64,000 nucleotides of DNA. Source: Promethearchaeati archaeon. GTDB lineage: Archaea > Asgardarchaeota > Heimdallarchaeia > Heimdallarchaeales > Heimdallarchaeaceae. Below, in pieces: positions 29,053-39,002 of the stretch. A program made the translations under genes and the position numbers. The stretch lies in contig JABLTJ010000010.1 of NCBI GenBank assembly GCA_013166775.1, positions 1 to 64,000 on the forward strand. Direction: 5' to 3'. Numbering within the stretch: the stretch's first letter is position 1; each line of letters begins with the position of its first letter. Under the pieces are notes generated by a model, which saw only the letters and a program-made list of their open reading frames with translations, searched no databases and had not been told where the DNA came from.

Positions 29053-29919
29053 ATGAAAATAGAGAATTATAAATGCTTTAGTTTGACAAAAAAAGAAAAA
29101 TTCACACCTGAAAATTTTATAAAAGTAAGACTTCAGAGAATTGATTTAGTTCTTAAAATCTTTAAATCAATCAAACCTGATGAATTGAACATTTATGTTT
29201 CAAATTTAAAAGATAAATTCAGCGAAATTGTTGTTGATTATAATTTTAATGTTGAAGCTTTTAATTGGGATTTCATAAGAGAAGAATTGACTATTTTACG
29301 AAATTTCCCTGATCTAGAAAGACTAATTTTTCTCTACGCTTGTATGACTGTAGATTTACCTGAAGATTATGTGAATGAACAGGGAGAAATAGAAGCTCCA
29401 TATTTTGACCTAAGAAAAACAGGAGAAAGAATCTCTTATTATATAGTAAGAACTTTGGTAGATACTTATGGAAAAGAAGAAGGTACTGAAATCTATAAAC
29501 AAATAGCTCCGGAAATTATCAGAGAGTATAGGGCTAAAGATCAACCAGAAGAACCCAAAGAGCCAAAAACTATTACAGTTGCAGAAAACAATAAGAAATA
29601 TGTAGAAGCATGGTGCAGAGTTGGTCTTGCAGATTTTACTTCTTGTTTAATTGATGATTATAAAGTAGTATATCGTTTTGACAGTTGCTTAACTCCAGAA
29701 GCTTTGAAAGACTTCAACGACCCAGATATTGCATACTTATGTTCATGTTACATAGCAGATATTCCAGAATTTAACGAGGGTAGAACAATTCATCTACGAA
29801 GAACTCAAACTTTACATCACGCTAAATTCTGTGATGAGTTCTATTGGAATAATTCAGTCTATCCTGATGCAGAACAACCATCTTTAGAGTTTACAGAAAA
29901 GATAGGAAAAGATTTGTGA
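29053..29919 (+). CDS. ATC-hydrolase/V4R-like family protein, copy 2
   Basis: FDSC...YLCSC...RRTQTL...FCDE. Confidence 0.82.
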   Translation: MKIENYKCFSLTKKEKFTPENFIKVRLQRIDLVLKIFKSIKPDELNIYVSNLKDKFSEIVVDYNFNVEAFNWDFIREELTILRNFPDLERLIFLYACMTVDLPEDYVNEQGEIEAPYFDLRKTGERISYYIVRTLVDTYGKEEGTEIYKQIAPEIIREYRAKDQPEEPKEPKTITVAENNKKYVEAWCRVGLADFTSCLIDDYKVVYRFDSCLTPEALKDFNDPDIAYLCSCYIADIPEFNEGRTIHLRRTQTLHHAKFCDEFYWNNSVYPDAEQPSLEFTEKIGKDL

Positions 29920-30806
29920 AAATAAAATCAGGTGCTAAGATGAAAATTACAACCCATGATTTTTTCAACAAAGAATCTAAAAGTGATATCAAGCTTAATG
30001 AGTTTATTAAGAAATGCTTTGAGCAAACTGATTCAGTAATTAAATATTTCAAAGAATTTAGAGAAAATAAATTAGATGAATATGTGTTTGCATTGCAGAA
30101 TAGATTAAAGAGTGAATTAAAAGAATCTCAATATAAAATAGATATTTTTAAACTCGATGAAATAGAAAAGAATCTTTCTTTACTCCATAATTATCCTGAA
30201 ATGGAAGAAACAATCATAAATTTTATCTGGAAGATATTAGATATCCCAAAAGATTTTGATACTCTAAATGAAAAATTCAATCTCTTATATTTCAACATCA
30301 GGAAAGCTGAAAGGCATCTATCTTACTATAGAGTAAAAGCTATTGAGGATCTATTAGGAAAAGAGGAATGCATAAAAGTATACAAGAATATTGTTGAATA
30401 TCTAATCAAAGAAATGAAAGAACAAGAATCTAGAGAACAACCAGAAGATCCAATGAAGGTAACACGAATTGAATCAAGGAAGTTTGTGCTCGAAAACTAT
30501 AAGAAACTTGGAGTTGGGGATTTTACGCTCGGAATCTATGATGATTACAAGGAAATATACCGATTCGATAGATGTATTGTGCATGAAGTTCTAAAGGACT
30601 TTAATGATCCAGATATCGCTTATCTTAGCTCTTGCTATTTAAGAGATTCACCAAGTAACAATGAAGGCTATATTATTCACATGAGAAAAACACAAACCTT
30701 GCATCATAACAAATTCTGTGACGAGTTTTATTGGAATAATTCTGTCTATCCTGATGCAGAACAACCATCATTGGAGTTTACTGAAAATATGGGGAAAGAT
30801 AAGTGA
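29916..30806 (+). CDS. ATC-hydrolase/V4R-like family protein, copy 3
   Basis: FDRC...YLSSC...KTQTL...FCDE. Confidence 0.82.
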   Translation: MKIKSGAKMKITTHDFFNKESKSDIKLNEFIKKCFEQTDSVIKYFKEFRENKLDEYVFALQNRLKSELKESQYKIDIFKLDEIEKNLSLLHNYPEMEETIINFIWKILDIPKDFDTLNEKFNLLYFNIRKAERHLSYYRVKAIEDLLGKEECIKVYKNIVEYLIKEMKEQESREQPEDPMKVTRIESRKFVLENYKKLGVGDFTLGIYDDYKEIYRFDRCIVHEVLKDFNDPDIAYLSSCYLRDSPSNNEGYIIHMRKTQTLHHNKFCDEFYWNNSVYPDAEQPSLEFTENMGKDK

Positions 30807-30830
30807 AAAAAAAAGAAGGAGTAAGATAAA

Positions 30831-31694
30831 ATGAAGAGTGAAAGTTACAAATGTTATAGTTTAACAAAGAAGGGAAATATGAAACCAATTGGTTTAATTC
30901 ATGCTAGGATGGAGAGAACAGATTTTGTTTTGCAATCTCTTCACAAACTCAAACCAGAGGATATGAACAAATATGTCTCTCATTTAACAGATAAATTGAG
31001 TGAAATTGTTGGTGATTATACATTTGAGATGAATGTTTTTGACTGGAATTTTATAAGAAAGGATTTGGAAATTCTTCCAAATTTTCCCCAATTAGAAAAA
31101 GCAATTTTCTATTGGTCATGCAAAACGTTAAAATTACCTGACAACTATAAATCGGATCAAGGAGAAATAGAGTTAGTATTTTTTGATGAAATCAAATCGA
31201 ATGAGAGATTATCGTACCATAGAGTAAAAACCTTTGTTGAAATCTATGGTGAAGATTTGGGAACAGAACTTTACAAGCAGATTGTACCAGAAGTGGTTAA
31301 AGCTCTAAAATCGAAGTATTTAGGAGAAAAACCTGCTGATCCTAAGTCAGTAAATATTCTAGTTTCGAATAAAAGATCAATTGAATCTTGGTGCAAAACT
31401 GGTTTAGCAGATTTTAGTTTTCATATTTTTGATGATTATAAAATTGTATACCGTTTTGACAGTTGTTTAACTCCAGAAGCATTAAAAGACTTCAAAGACC
31501 CAGATATTGCATACCTAGCTTCTTGTTACATAGGTGATGTACCTGAATGGAATAAGGATAAAATTATCCATCTTCGAAGAACACAGACTCTTCATCATGC
31601 TGAATTCTGTGACGAAATGTATTGGAATAATTTAGTTCATCCAGATGCAGAACAGCCATCTTTAGAATTTACAGAAAATATGGGTAAAGAATAA
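30831..31694 (+). CDS. ATC-hydrolase/V4R-like family protein, copy 4
   Basis: FDSC...YLASC...RRTQTL...FCDE. Confidence 0.82.
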   Translation: MKSESYKCYSLTKKGNMKPIGLIHARMERTDFVLQSLHKLKPEDMNKYVSHLTDKLSEIVGDYTFEMNVFDWNFIRKDLEILPNFPQLEKAIFYWSCKTLKLPDNYKSDQGEIELVFFDEIKSNERLSYHRVKTFVEIYGEDLGTELYKQIVPEVVKALKSKYLGEKPADPKSVNILVSNKRSIESWCKTGLADFSFHIFDDYKIVYRFDSCLTPEALKDFKDPDIAYLASCYIGDVPEWNKDKIIHLRRTQTLHHAEFCDEMYWNNLVHPDAEQPSLEFTENMGKE

Positions 31695-31723
31695 AATAAG
31701 TAGAAAAAAAGGAATGAATTAAA

Positions 31724-32587
31724 ATGAAAACAGAGAGTCATAAATGTTATAGTCTAACAAAGAAAGGAAATATTAATCCGAGTAATGTGATTAAAGAAAG
31801 GATGGAACGAACTGATTTAGTGATAAAGTTCTTCCACAAGTTAAAACCTGAGGATCTGAATCTATATATTAATACTCTAAAAGACAAATTAGATGAAATT
31901 GTGGGTGATTATGAATTCGATGAGAGTGCTTTCGACTGGGAGTTTTTAAGAGAAGGAAATGAAGTGCTTTCTGATTTTCCAGATTTTGAAAAAACAGTTT
32001 TTCTGTGGATCTGTAAAACACTTAAGATTCCTGATACCTATCATTCAGAAAAAGGAGCAATAGAACTAGTATATTTCGATGAAATCAAATCAAAAGCGAG
32101 GTTGCCATATTATAGAGTAAAAACTTTTGCTGAAATGTATGGTAAAGAGGAGGGAATAGAGATATACAAACAAGTTGTACAAGAAGTGATTAAAGCTCTA
32201 AAATCGAAGTATATGCCTCCAAAACCACCCAATCCAGAATCAATAACTATTCTAGCGTCTAATAAAGGTTCTATTGAATCTTGGCGTAGAATCGGTTTAG
32301 TGGATTTCACATACTGTATTTTCGATGATTTTAAGATAATTTACCGTTTTGATAATTGCTTAACTCCAGAAGCATTAAAAGATTTCAATGATCCTGATAT
32401 AGCCTATCTAGCTACCTGTTATATTGGTGATGCACCTGAATGGAATAAGGATAAAATCATTCATATGAGAAGAACACAAACTCTTCATCATGCTAAATTC
32501 TGTGATGAATTTTATTGGAACAACTATGTGCATCCAGATGCTGAACAACCATCATTAGAGTTTACAAGAAATATGGGGAAGGATTAG
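31724..32587 (+). CDS. ATC-hydrolase/V4R-like family protein, copy 5
   Basis: FDNC...YLATC...RRTQTL...FCDE. Confidence 0.82.
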   Translation: MKTESHKCYSLTKKGNINPSNVIKERMERTDLVIKFFHKLKPEDLNLYINTLKDKLDEIVGDYEFDESAFDWEFLREGNEVLSDFPDFEKTVFLWICKTLKIPDTYHSEKGAIELVYFDEIKSKARLPYYRVKTFAEMYGKEEGIEIYKQVVQEVIKALKSKYMPPKPPNPESITILASNKGSIESWRRIGLVDFTYCIFDDFKIIYRFDNCLTPEALKDFNDPDIAYLATCYIGDAPEWNKDKIIHMRRTQTLHHAKFCDEFYWNNYVHPDAEQPSLEFTRNMGKD

Positions 32588-32599
32588 GAGGAATAAGAA

Positions 32600-33472
32600 A
32601 TGGAAGTTTTTAGAACAGGCAAATATCATATAAGTGATCTTGATAATCTTCAAGAACTACAACCTTTGGAATATGCAAATAGAACTGTCTTAAAGAGATT
32701 GAATTATCTAATTGGATTCATTAAGAAAGAGAAACCTGAAATATTACAAAATTTCGTTACTAAACTAAATCTTAAACTTGTCAAGCTTCTGAATAAACCC
32801 TATGTTAATGAAGGGGATGACGAAGAAAAAATTGTAAGCAAAGATTTTATTCATCTGAAAGTTTTTCCAGAACTTTTATACAATTGCTTGAATTATTATC
32901 TTCAATTACTTAATATCGATACTTCAATGAACTGGAGTGAAGACAAAATCAAAATCCCAAACAGGAACTATATTCAATCTTTTCTTTATCATAGATATTA
33001 CAATGCTTTGGTTTTAACAGAGATATTGGAGAGAAATCTAGCTGTTCAGATTTTCAAAGATTATATTGATTCTTATGTTAAATCACAATCAACAGATTGG
33101 AGAAAATACGAGAACTTAGAAGAATTTAGGGAAGCTAGAATACCTAAGAAAGATGATCCACCTAACATAGGCTGGATTATTGTACAAGGAATTATTGAAA
33201 ATGGTAAATACCCTCAGAAAAAAATAACATGTATGTGGGCTGATGCTATCACAGATTTACCTGACACTGAATTAAAATATCTTGCAGCATGTTATGGAGA
33301 TTTTCAAGGATATAATAATAATAATGAGAATTTTGTATTAACAATGAGTCATACAATTGTTGAAGGATATCCTTATTGCGATTGTATTGTACATGATATA
33401 AGAGTAAACAAAGATCTAACACATCCACCAAAGGAATTTTTTGATAACATATGGCAATTGAAAGAAGATTGA
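32600..33472 (+). CDS. ATC-hydrolase/V4R-like family protein, copy 6
   Basis: TCMW...ACYGD...LTMSHTIVEGYPYCD. Confidence 0.82.
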   Translation: MEVFRTGKYHISDLDNLQELQPLEYANRTVLKRLNYLIGFIKKEKPEILQNFVTKLNLKLVKLLNKPYVNEGDDEEKIVSKDFIHLKVFPELLYNCLNYYLQLLNIDTSMNWSEDKIKIPNRNYIQSFLYHRYYNALVLTEILERNLAVQIFKDYIDSYVKSQSTDWRKYENLEEFREARIPKKDDPPNIGWIIVQGIIENGKYPQKKITCMWADAITDLPDTELKYLAACYGDFQGYNNNNENFVLTMSHTIVEGYPYCDCIVHDIRVNKDLTHPPKEFFDNIWQLKED

Positions 33473-33475
33473 AAT

Positions 33476-34369
33476 TTGCAAAAAAGAGGTGAAAAAATGG
33501 AGTTTGAAAAAATAGGCGTTTATAATCCAGATGCTTTGTATGCTTTACAGGAGATACAACCTCTGGAATTTGCACTGCGTTCACCAATTAAGCGTTTAGA
33601 TTTTATAATAGGCTTTCTTAAAAAAAGGAAACCAGAAATTGTAGAAGCTTATGTTAAAAAGCTTGAAGAAAAATACGGAAAATTGGCGACAAAATCATAC
33701 GTTGATCAATCTGATATTGATATTAAGAAAATGATATCGGATTTATCAAATCTAAAGGAGTTTCCTGATTTAGCGAAAAGAAGTCTAAATCTTTTTCTTA
33801 ACTTACTAGAGATTGAAGATAATACTGACTGGATCAAAGAAAAGACAAAAATCATTCAGAAGAATTATATTAAATCATTCTTGGGACCAAAATATTACAA
33901 CATTGAGAGCTTAGTGAATATAATTGAAAGAGAAGAAGCAGTTCAGTTATACAAGAATTATATTACTGAATTTATGATCGATTACTATAAAGATATGGAA
34001 GATAATGTAGAAGATCTAGATGCTTTTTGGAAAAAACGCTTCCAAAACTATGCGGAAGATGAATCAGATCATTGGGTTGTCATTCATAGTAAACCTAACA
34101 AAGGTAAACTGATTTACCGAAAAGATGTTTGTCTTTGGATTGATGCTATGGAGGATTTTACAGATACAGAGTTTAAATATCTAGTGTGCTGTTATGGTGA
34201 TTTTCAAGGAGCTAAAAGAGAGAATAAGCATTTCATATTAACAATGGATCATACAATTGCAAAAGGTGATCCTTTTTGTAGTTGTATTCTCCATGATACA
34301 AGGATCGATTGGGATCTAACACATCCCCCAAAAGAATTTTGGGATAGCATTTGGCCATTACAGGAATAG
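33476..34369 (+). CDS. ATC-hydrolase/V4R-like family protein, copy 7
   Basis: VCLW...CCYGD...LTMDHTIAKGDPFC. Confidence 0.82.
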   Translation: MQKRGEKMEFEKIGVYNPDALYALQEIQPLEFALRSPIKRLDFIIGFLKKRKPEIVEAYVKKLEEKYGKLATKSYVDQSDIDIKKMISDLSNLKEFPDLAKRSLNLFLNLLEIEDNTDWIKEKTKIIQKNYIKSFLGPKYYNIESLVNIIEREEAVQLYKNYITEFMIDYYKDMEDNVEDLDAFWKKRFQNYAEDESDHWVVIHSKPNKGKLIYRKDVCLWIDAMEDFTDTEFKYLVCCYGDFQGAKRENKHFILTMDHTIAKGDPFCSCILHDTRIDWDLTHPPKEFWDSIWPLQE

Positions 34370-34410
34370 CAGAATAAATAAAAAAATTAAGTGTTAATAT
34401 ATTGTAATGT

Positions 34411-34902
34411 TTACTCAACTTTACTAAGAATCTGGAGAAAGAATAAACCTAGAGTGTTTTTGTGAAATAGAGTGTATATCCCAACAACTCCAACTGCAAG
34501 TAACAATATCAAAGGATATGGTAATGCAAATAGTCTATTCTCAATTAGTACTCTTATACCTAGATACAACACATAGATTGTCAAAGCTGAACCTGCTGAA
34601 TATATACTTGTTAGGAGGAACCATCCTGATTTTTTCTTATTAATAAAAAGTAAATTCGCTGCTAAGCTTATTATTGCTAAGATAAGAAAAATGGTTCCAA
34701 CCAATTTGAATAAAGGATCAAAATCAGGTAAATCGTCAATTTCCCCATCTGGTAAGTAAGAAGACCCTCTTGAGATAATTAAAAGAAATGTACCTATACC
34801 CATTCCCAAAACTGCTAGTATGTAAGTTAGAATGATGGTTGTTTTTCCTTGAGAAGAGAATGCTTCAGAGTCATCTGGATAGAAAAATGATAAATTGCTC
34901 AT
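34411..34902 (-). CDS. Hypothetical 4-TM membrane protein
   Basis: Four hydrophobic segments. Confidence 0.7.
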   Translation of the reverse strand: MSNLSFFYPDDSEAFSSQGKTTIILTYILAVLGMGIGTFLLIISRGSSYLPDGEIDDLPDFDPLFKLVGTIFLILAIISLAANLLFINKKKSGWFLLTSIYSAGSALTIYVLYLGIRVLIENRLFALPYPLILLLAVGVVGIYTLFHKNTLGLFFLQILSKVE

Positions 34903-34972
34903 TATTTTAACAAAGGTTCAGATATTTATAAAAATTCCATCTCTAGAAAGAAGAAGAAAACTTGCTAGACAA

Positions 34973-35383
34973 CTATTTTGCTGGTTTTTCATTTGCTACA
35001 GAATTTCTCATAGTAAGTTTCAGAGATGTAAATAGTGCTGCAAATCCTAATGTCCCTGCAATAATAAAGAATGGCCATAGTTCTCTGTATTCAAGGAGAT
35101 TGAAGTACACGAACAGCATACTAGTACTAATTCCTAAAAACATTGACCATCCCCAGTAAAACAATGAATCTATCCATGTTATAGTTGGTTTTTTTAGACC
35201 AAAATATGCAATAATCGCAAATCCACTCCACATACCTATTCCTATTATTGGATATATTTGCCATTCTTCCCAATTGAAAAATAATCCAAAACCCAAAGCA
35301 AGCATAGCAGTCAAAGTTGTGAGAAATAGAATTACGGTCCATAAAGTTAATAGATAGAGAGGTTTACGCTGTTTCTCCATCAA
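34973..35383 (-). CDS. Hypothetical 4-TM membrane protein
   Basis: Four hydrophobic segments. Confidence 0.7.
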   Translation of the reverse strand: MMEKQRKPLYLLTLWTVILFLTTLTAMLALGFGLFFNWEEWQIYPIIGIGMWSGFAIIAYFGLKKPTITWIDSLFYWGWSMFLGISTSMLFVYFNLLEYRELWPFFIIAGTLGFAALFTSLKLTMRNSVANEKPAK

Positions 35384-35412
35384 TGAGAAATGAATTCCTC
35401 CTGCCCATTATA

Positions 35413-35755
35413 CTAAATGAAAAGTAACCATAACAGGCATAGCTTGAAAATCCTCCACGCTCCTAAATTGGAATAAGCAAGAGCAATCATACTGATAGTA
35501 GTTGCCATAAACAGAAAGAACAACCAAATTATGATTGTTATTGTAGGTTGAATATACCTTTTTCTAAAAACGAGATAAAAAATCGTCATCAAAACTATGA
35601 GAACTACCATTCCGAATAGGACTACAAAACCACTCCAGACCAGATAAATCATGCCGAAGAACAAACACAAATAAAATCCCTATTATACTACTAATTATCC
35701 AAGTCCAAATAGTTAAGCCAAACAGGTATTTTTGTCTTTCTTTTATTGAAATCAT
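35413..35755 (-). pseudogene. Frameshifted paralog of the 34973 membrane protein
   Basis: Removing one base near 35668 joins the two track ORFs and gives FGLFF as in the neighbour; LT.WT and PTIT are also shared. Confidence 0.6.
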
Positions 35756-35959
35756 TAAATTACGCTTTTATACATTAATATAATTTCACTATAAGAATAA
35801 TGAAAATCTATCAAATTATCCTATTTATTTGTGTATATTCCCAGTACATCCCATTCAAAAAATTTTATAAAAAAAGAAAAGAAGTCTAAAGAGATTGTGT
35901 AAGAGTAGATAATAATAAACTTAAAGTTTGATTGTTACTTACTTGAATTACTTGCTGAC

Positions 35960-36157
35960 TTAGACTGTAGTTACGTTTGTTGCTTGAGTACCTCTATCGG
36001 TATCTTCAACTTCGAATTCAACCTCATCTCCTTCTCTGAGATCATCAAATTCACCTGAAACTGCTGTGCGGTGGAAAAAGAGATCTTTTTCTTCTCCTTC
36101 AACAGTGATGAATCCATAACCTTTGTCTGAGATGATTCTTTTGATATTTCCTTTCAA
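35960..36157 (-). CDS. csp: Cold-shock domain protein
   Basis: RNP1 KGYGFI, RNP2 LFFH, L.EGD.VEF...G.QA.NV. Confidence 0.95.
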   Translation of the reverse strand: MKGNIKRIISDKGYGFITVEGEEKDLFFHRTAVSGEFDDLREGDEVEFEVEDTDRGTQATNVTTV

Positions 36158-36343
36158 ATTAATTCCTCAATTTAGTTATTTGTTAGAATCCTGTTAGAGA
36201 TTCTTTAATTAAAAATGGATATTCAGAAATTAGTTAATCTTTTAAGAGTTAAACAGAAATCTAAACCATCTTATTTTTAATTGTAATAAAAAATTGATTT
36301 ATCGCCTAATAAAGTATACTATTAATACAAACTAATAATCAGA

Positions 36344-36727
36344 TTACAAACCCTGCAATAAAATATAGTGAATATTGTAAATTATTCTCTGAAGTTTACC
36401 ATCCTTTTGAGTTTTTTCATAGATTTCTTTGATTTTAATTTCATTACCTGTTTTGCCAATTACAGAATATTCTTCCTCTGTTCTTGTATATTTAAGATCA
36501 AATTCCTCTTCAAAGAATACTTCGAGATAATCGATCTTTCCATTCTCTAACGCATCTTCAAATTCATCATATGAGAGCCCAAATCCCTTTTCTGGAGGAT
36601 GAACGCCTTGTTTTATTAATTTAAGAACAATATCTTCATGGTTACAAGCTGGGCATTGTATGATATCAAATAGGGTTTCATAATCTTCATCAAACCTGTT
36701 TTGGCACTTTTTACAGTAAAACTTCAT
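36344..36727 (-). CDS. Zinc-ribbon protein
   Basis: CKKC...CPAC at the N-terminus. Confidence 0.7.
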   Translation of the reverse strand: MKFYCKKCQNRFDEDYETLFDIIQCPACNHEDIVLKLIKQGVHPPEKGFGLSYDEFEDALENGKIDYLEVFFEEEFDLKYTRTEEEYSVIGKTGNEIKIKEIYEKTQKDGKLQRIIYNIHYILLQGL

Positions 36728-36860
36728 TTATTTGTATTAGTGATACTAGTTTAAAAAACTATACAAATCAAATATTACTTATAGAAATTTCCACTATTTT
36801 CTCTTTTCTAAGATAATAGAACAACACAACTTATTTAAAATTCAATTACAGTTTTCATAT

Positions 36861-37250
36861 ATGAGTGAACGTGAAGTAAAATATTACAAGATGTTAGCTA
36901 AGAAATATGAAACTGCTGAAAAAATGTTTGAAGCAAAAGAAGACTATGATGAATTAGAAGCTGATAAAGCTAGTTTTCAGAAAAAACAAGCTAGGGGAAA
37001 TGCTGAAGTACAAGAACAGCAGCTAAAAATAGTAAAGTTAAGAAATGATGGTAAAGAAGATAAAGCTCTGAAACAAGAAATGAAATTAAAGAAGAAAGAA
37101 GCAAATATTGCTCAATTCAAAAGAACAATTCAGGAAATTCAATCGAAAATAGAAAAGAAGAAACTAGAAGTTCTTAAAAATGAAGGTGAACTTCAAAAAA
37201 TAGAAACCCAGTTAAGAGCGGATTTTGCAGAAAAATTTACACAAATGTAA
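36861..37250 (+). CDS. Coiled-coil helical-hairpin protein
   Basis: Continuous K/E/Q-rich heptads with a central NDGKEDKA turn. Confidence 0.75.
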   Translation: MSEREVKYYKMLAKKYETAEKMFEAKEDYDELEADKASFQKKQARGNAEVQEQQLKIVKLRNDGKEDKALKQEMKLKKKEANIAQFKRTIQEIQSKIEKKKLEVLKNEGELQKIETQLRADFAEKFTQM

Positions 37251-37253
37251 ATC

Positions 37254-37688
37254 ATTTGATATTCTTTTCTCTTTATGAACTATAGTTACATAATTTGGAG
37301 CTTCTTTTTTTATGCCAAGAAGCCATAACCATCTCTTAAAATCTAAAATAAATGCAATAATTGTGATTCCTATTTGTGGTAGAAGCACAGCTATACCTGT
37401 AAAGATAAATTGACCATAATAATATGCACTTAACATCCCTAAAGCTGCTGAAAATATTTCTACACTCACCTTAATCTATCCTGGAACGGATAATCCTATA
37501 GTTTTTGTATCTAGTGATCTTTTATCACCAGGGGTGTTTAGTAGAGCTAAAGAAAGAATGCTTAATGCGAATAATAAACCAAATCCATAACATATTAAGA
37601 TAGCAGATAATAGTAACCATAACCATGTAGTTAATTCTGTTAAGAATCTCATAATAGGAGGCACATATAGCTTTTTTGATTCAGACAT
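37254..37688 (-). pseudogene. YrdB/DUF2568-like membrane protein interrupted by an in-frame TAG
   Basis: RFLTEL...PGD...VPG*IKVSVE; the two track ORFs are in one frame separated by TAG at 37476-37478. The 3' end is approximate (track ORF runs to 37212). Confidence 0.55.
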
Positions 37689-37877
37689 TTTTAAAACTTC
37701 GATCTACTTTCTTTATAAGATAAAAGAGCTAGTATTTACCAAAATTAACGATTAACTTCTTTTTTGGTATTTCTCCTATTAAGAATATGTGATAGCATCT
37801 AATGCAACCTGTTAAACGACTTCTTAAAAAGAAAAGATGTATGATATTTTTTCAATATCGTACTTTTACTTAGATTC

Positions 37878-38075
37878 TTATATTGTTTTAAGATTTACTG
37901 CTTGAAGTCCTCTATCAGTTTCTTCAACATCGAATTCTACATTATCTCCTTCTTTTAGATCACCGAATTCAACAGTAACTCCAGATTGATGGAAAAAGAT
38001 ATCTTTCTCATCGTCTTCAGTTTGGATAAAACCAAAGTTTCTATTATACATTATTCTTTTGATTGTGCCTTTCAT
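37878..38075 (-). CDS. csp: Cold-shock domain protein
   Basis: NFGFI, IFFH, LKEGD.VEF...GLQAVNL. Confidence 0.95.
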   Translation of the reverse strand: MKGTIKRIMYNRNFGFIQTEDDEKDIFFHQSGVTVEFGDLKEGDNVEFDVEETDRGLQAVNLKTI

Positions 38076-38306
38076 TTAGCTTTCCTCCATTTATTTTTCA
38101 CTTTTAGGAAGTGACATCCAATAAATTGAAACATAGTAATCAGATGTAGCTAAATCTTGTTAAGAATTAAAACAATCATAACTAACTAGTTCAAATCTAC
38201 TTAATTAACACTACATAGAGGGTTCATAAACTATTGGGTAAGCTTAAATTAAAAAATAAAAGAAGCTCTAGAACAAAATTATAAGTATTCAATCTTTTTC
38301 CTACTT

Positions 38307-38906
38307 ATGGAATCAGATTCTAAAAAACCTGATGATGAACAGAGAATTCGTAGTCTTCTATACAAAATTCAAAAGGGTTATACTGACAGGGATGAGAATG
38401 TGGTCTCTGAATGGGCTGAAGACCTATTTGATGAACGGGTAACGATAATTGGTACAAGTTCAATTAAACCTGGAGATTTTGAATGGAGGAATGGACATGC
38501 AGCTGCTATTGAAATGTTTAGAAGTGACTGGTTAAATTGGGGAGATGTAAAACTTTCAACCGAAGAAGCAGAGATAGATATTGAAGGAAATGCATCATGG
38601 GTAGCAGTATATGCAACAGTTACAAGGGATACAAAGAAAAGCGTAAATCATTCTGCAGAAGTGAGTCGAGAGCGATCATTAAAACGAATAAAGCAGTACT
38701 CTGAAAAGGAATGGACAACAAAACAAGCTCTTTACGAGATTATTTATGATGCAAGTATGGTTTTAACACAGTACGAAAGAAGTGATATATTTATTTGGCC
38801 AATTAGAATAACTCTTGGATTGTTTCAACGAAATAATAAATGGTTAATAAGACAAGTACACTTTTCATTTCCAGGAAGAGGATTTCCAAATGTAAGATTA
38901 GAATAA
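38307..38906 (+). CDS. SnoaL/NTF2-like protein
   Basis: IIGTS...EWR.G and terminal R.T...W.I..VHFSFP. Confidence 0.8.
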   Translation: MESDSKKPDDEQRIRSLLYKIQKGYTDRDENVVSEWAEDLFDERVTIIGTSSIKPGDFEWRNGHAAAIEMFRSDWLNWGDVKLSTEEAEIDIEGNASWVAVYATVTRDTKKSVNHSAEVSRERSLKRIKQYSEKEWTTKQALYEIIYDASMVLTQYERSDIFIWPIRITLGLFQRNNKWLIRQVHFSFPGRGFPNVRLE

Positions 38907-39002
38907 TAAAACATTTTATTTTCTCTAATTGCTTTGCAAATAGAAATATAAATGTTTGAAAAGTAATAACCAACCTCAATAAAATATAATACTTGTGTTA
39001 GC

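Noticed and set aside
29053-32587. Paralog array as a target of a diversity-generating retroelement
   Set aside because: No reverse transcriptase or template repeat is present, and the C-termini are the most conserved part rather than the most variable.
37476-37478. In-frame TAG as possible pyrrolysine readthrough
   Set aside because: The context VPG*I fits a TGG(Trp)-to-TAG change in a membrane protein; there are no pyl genes in the window and no catalytic rationale.
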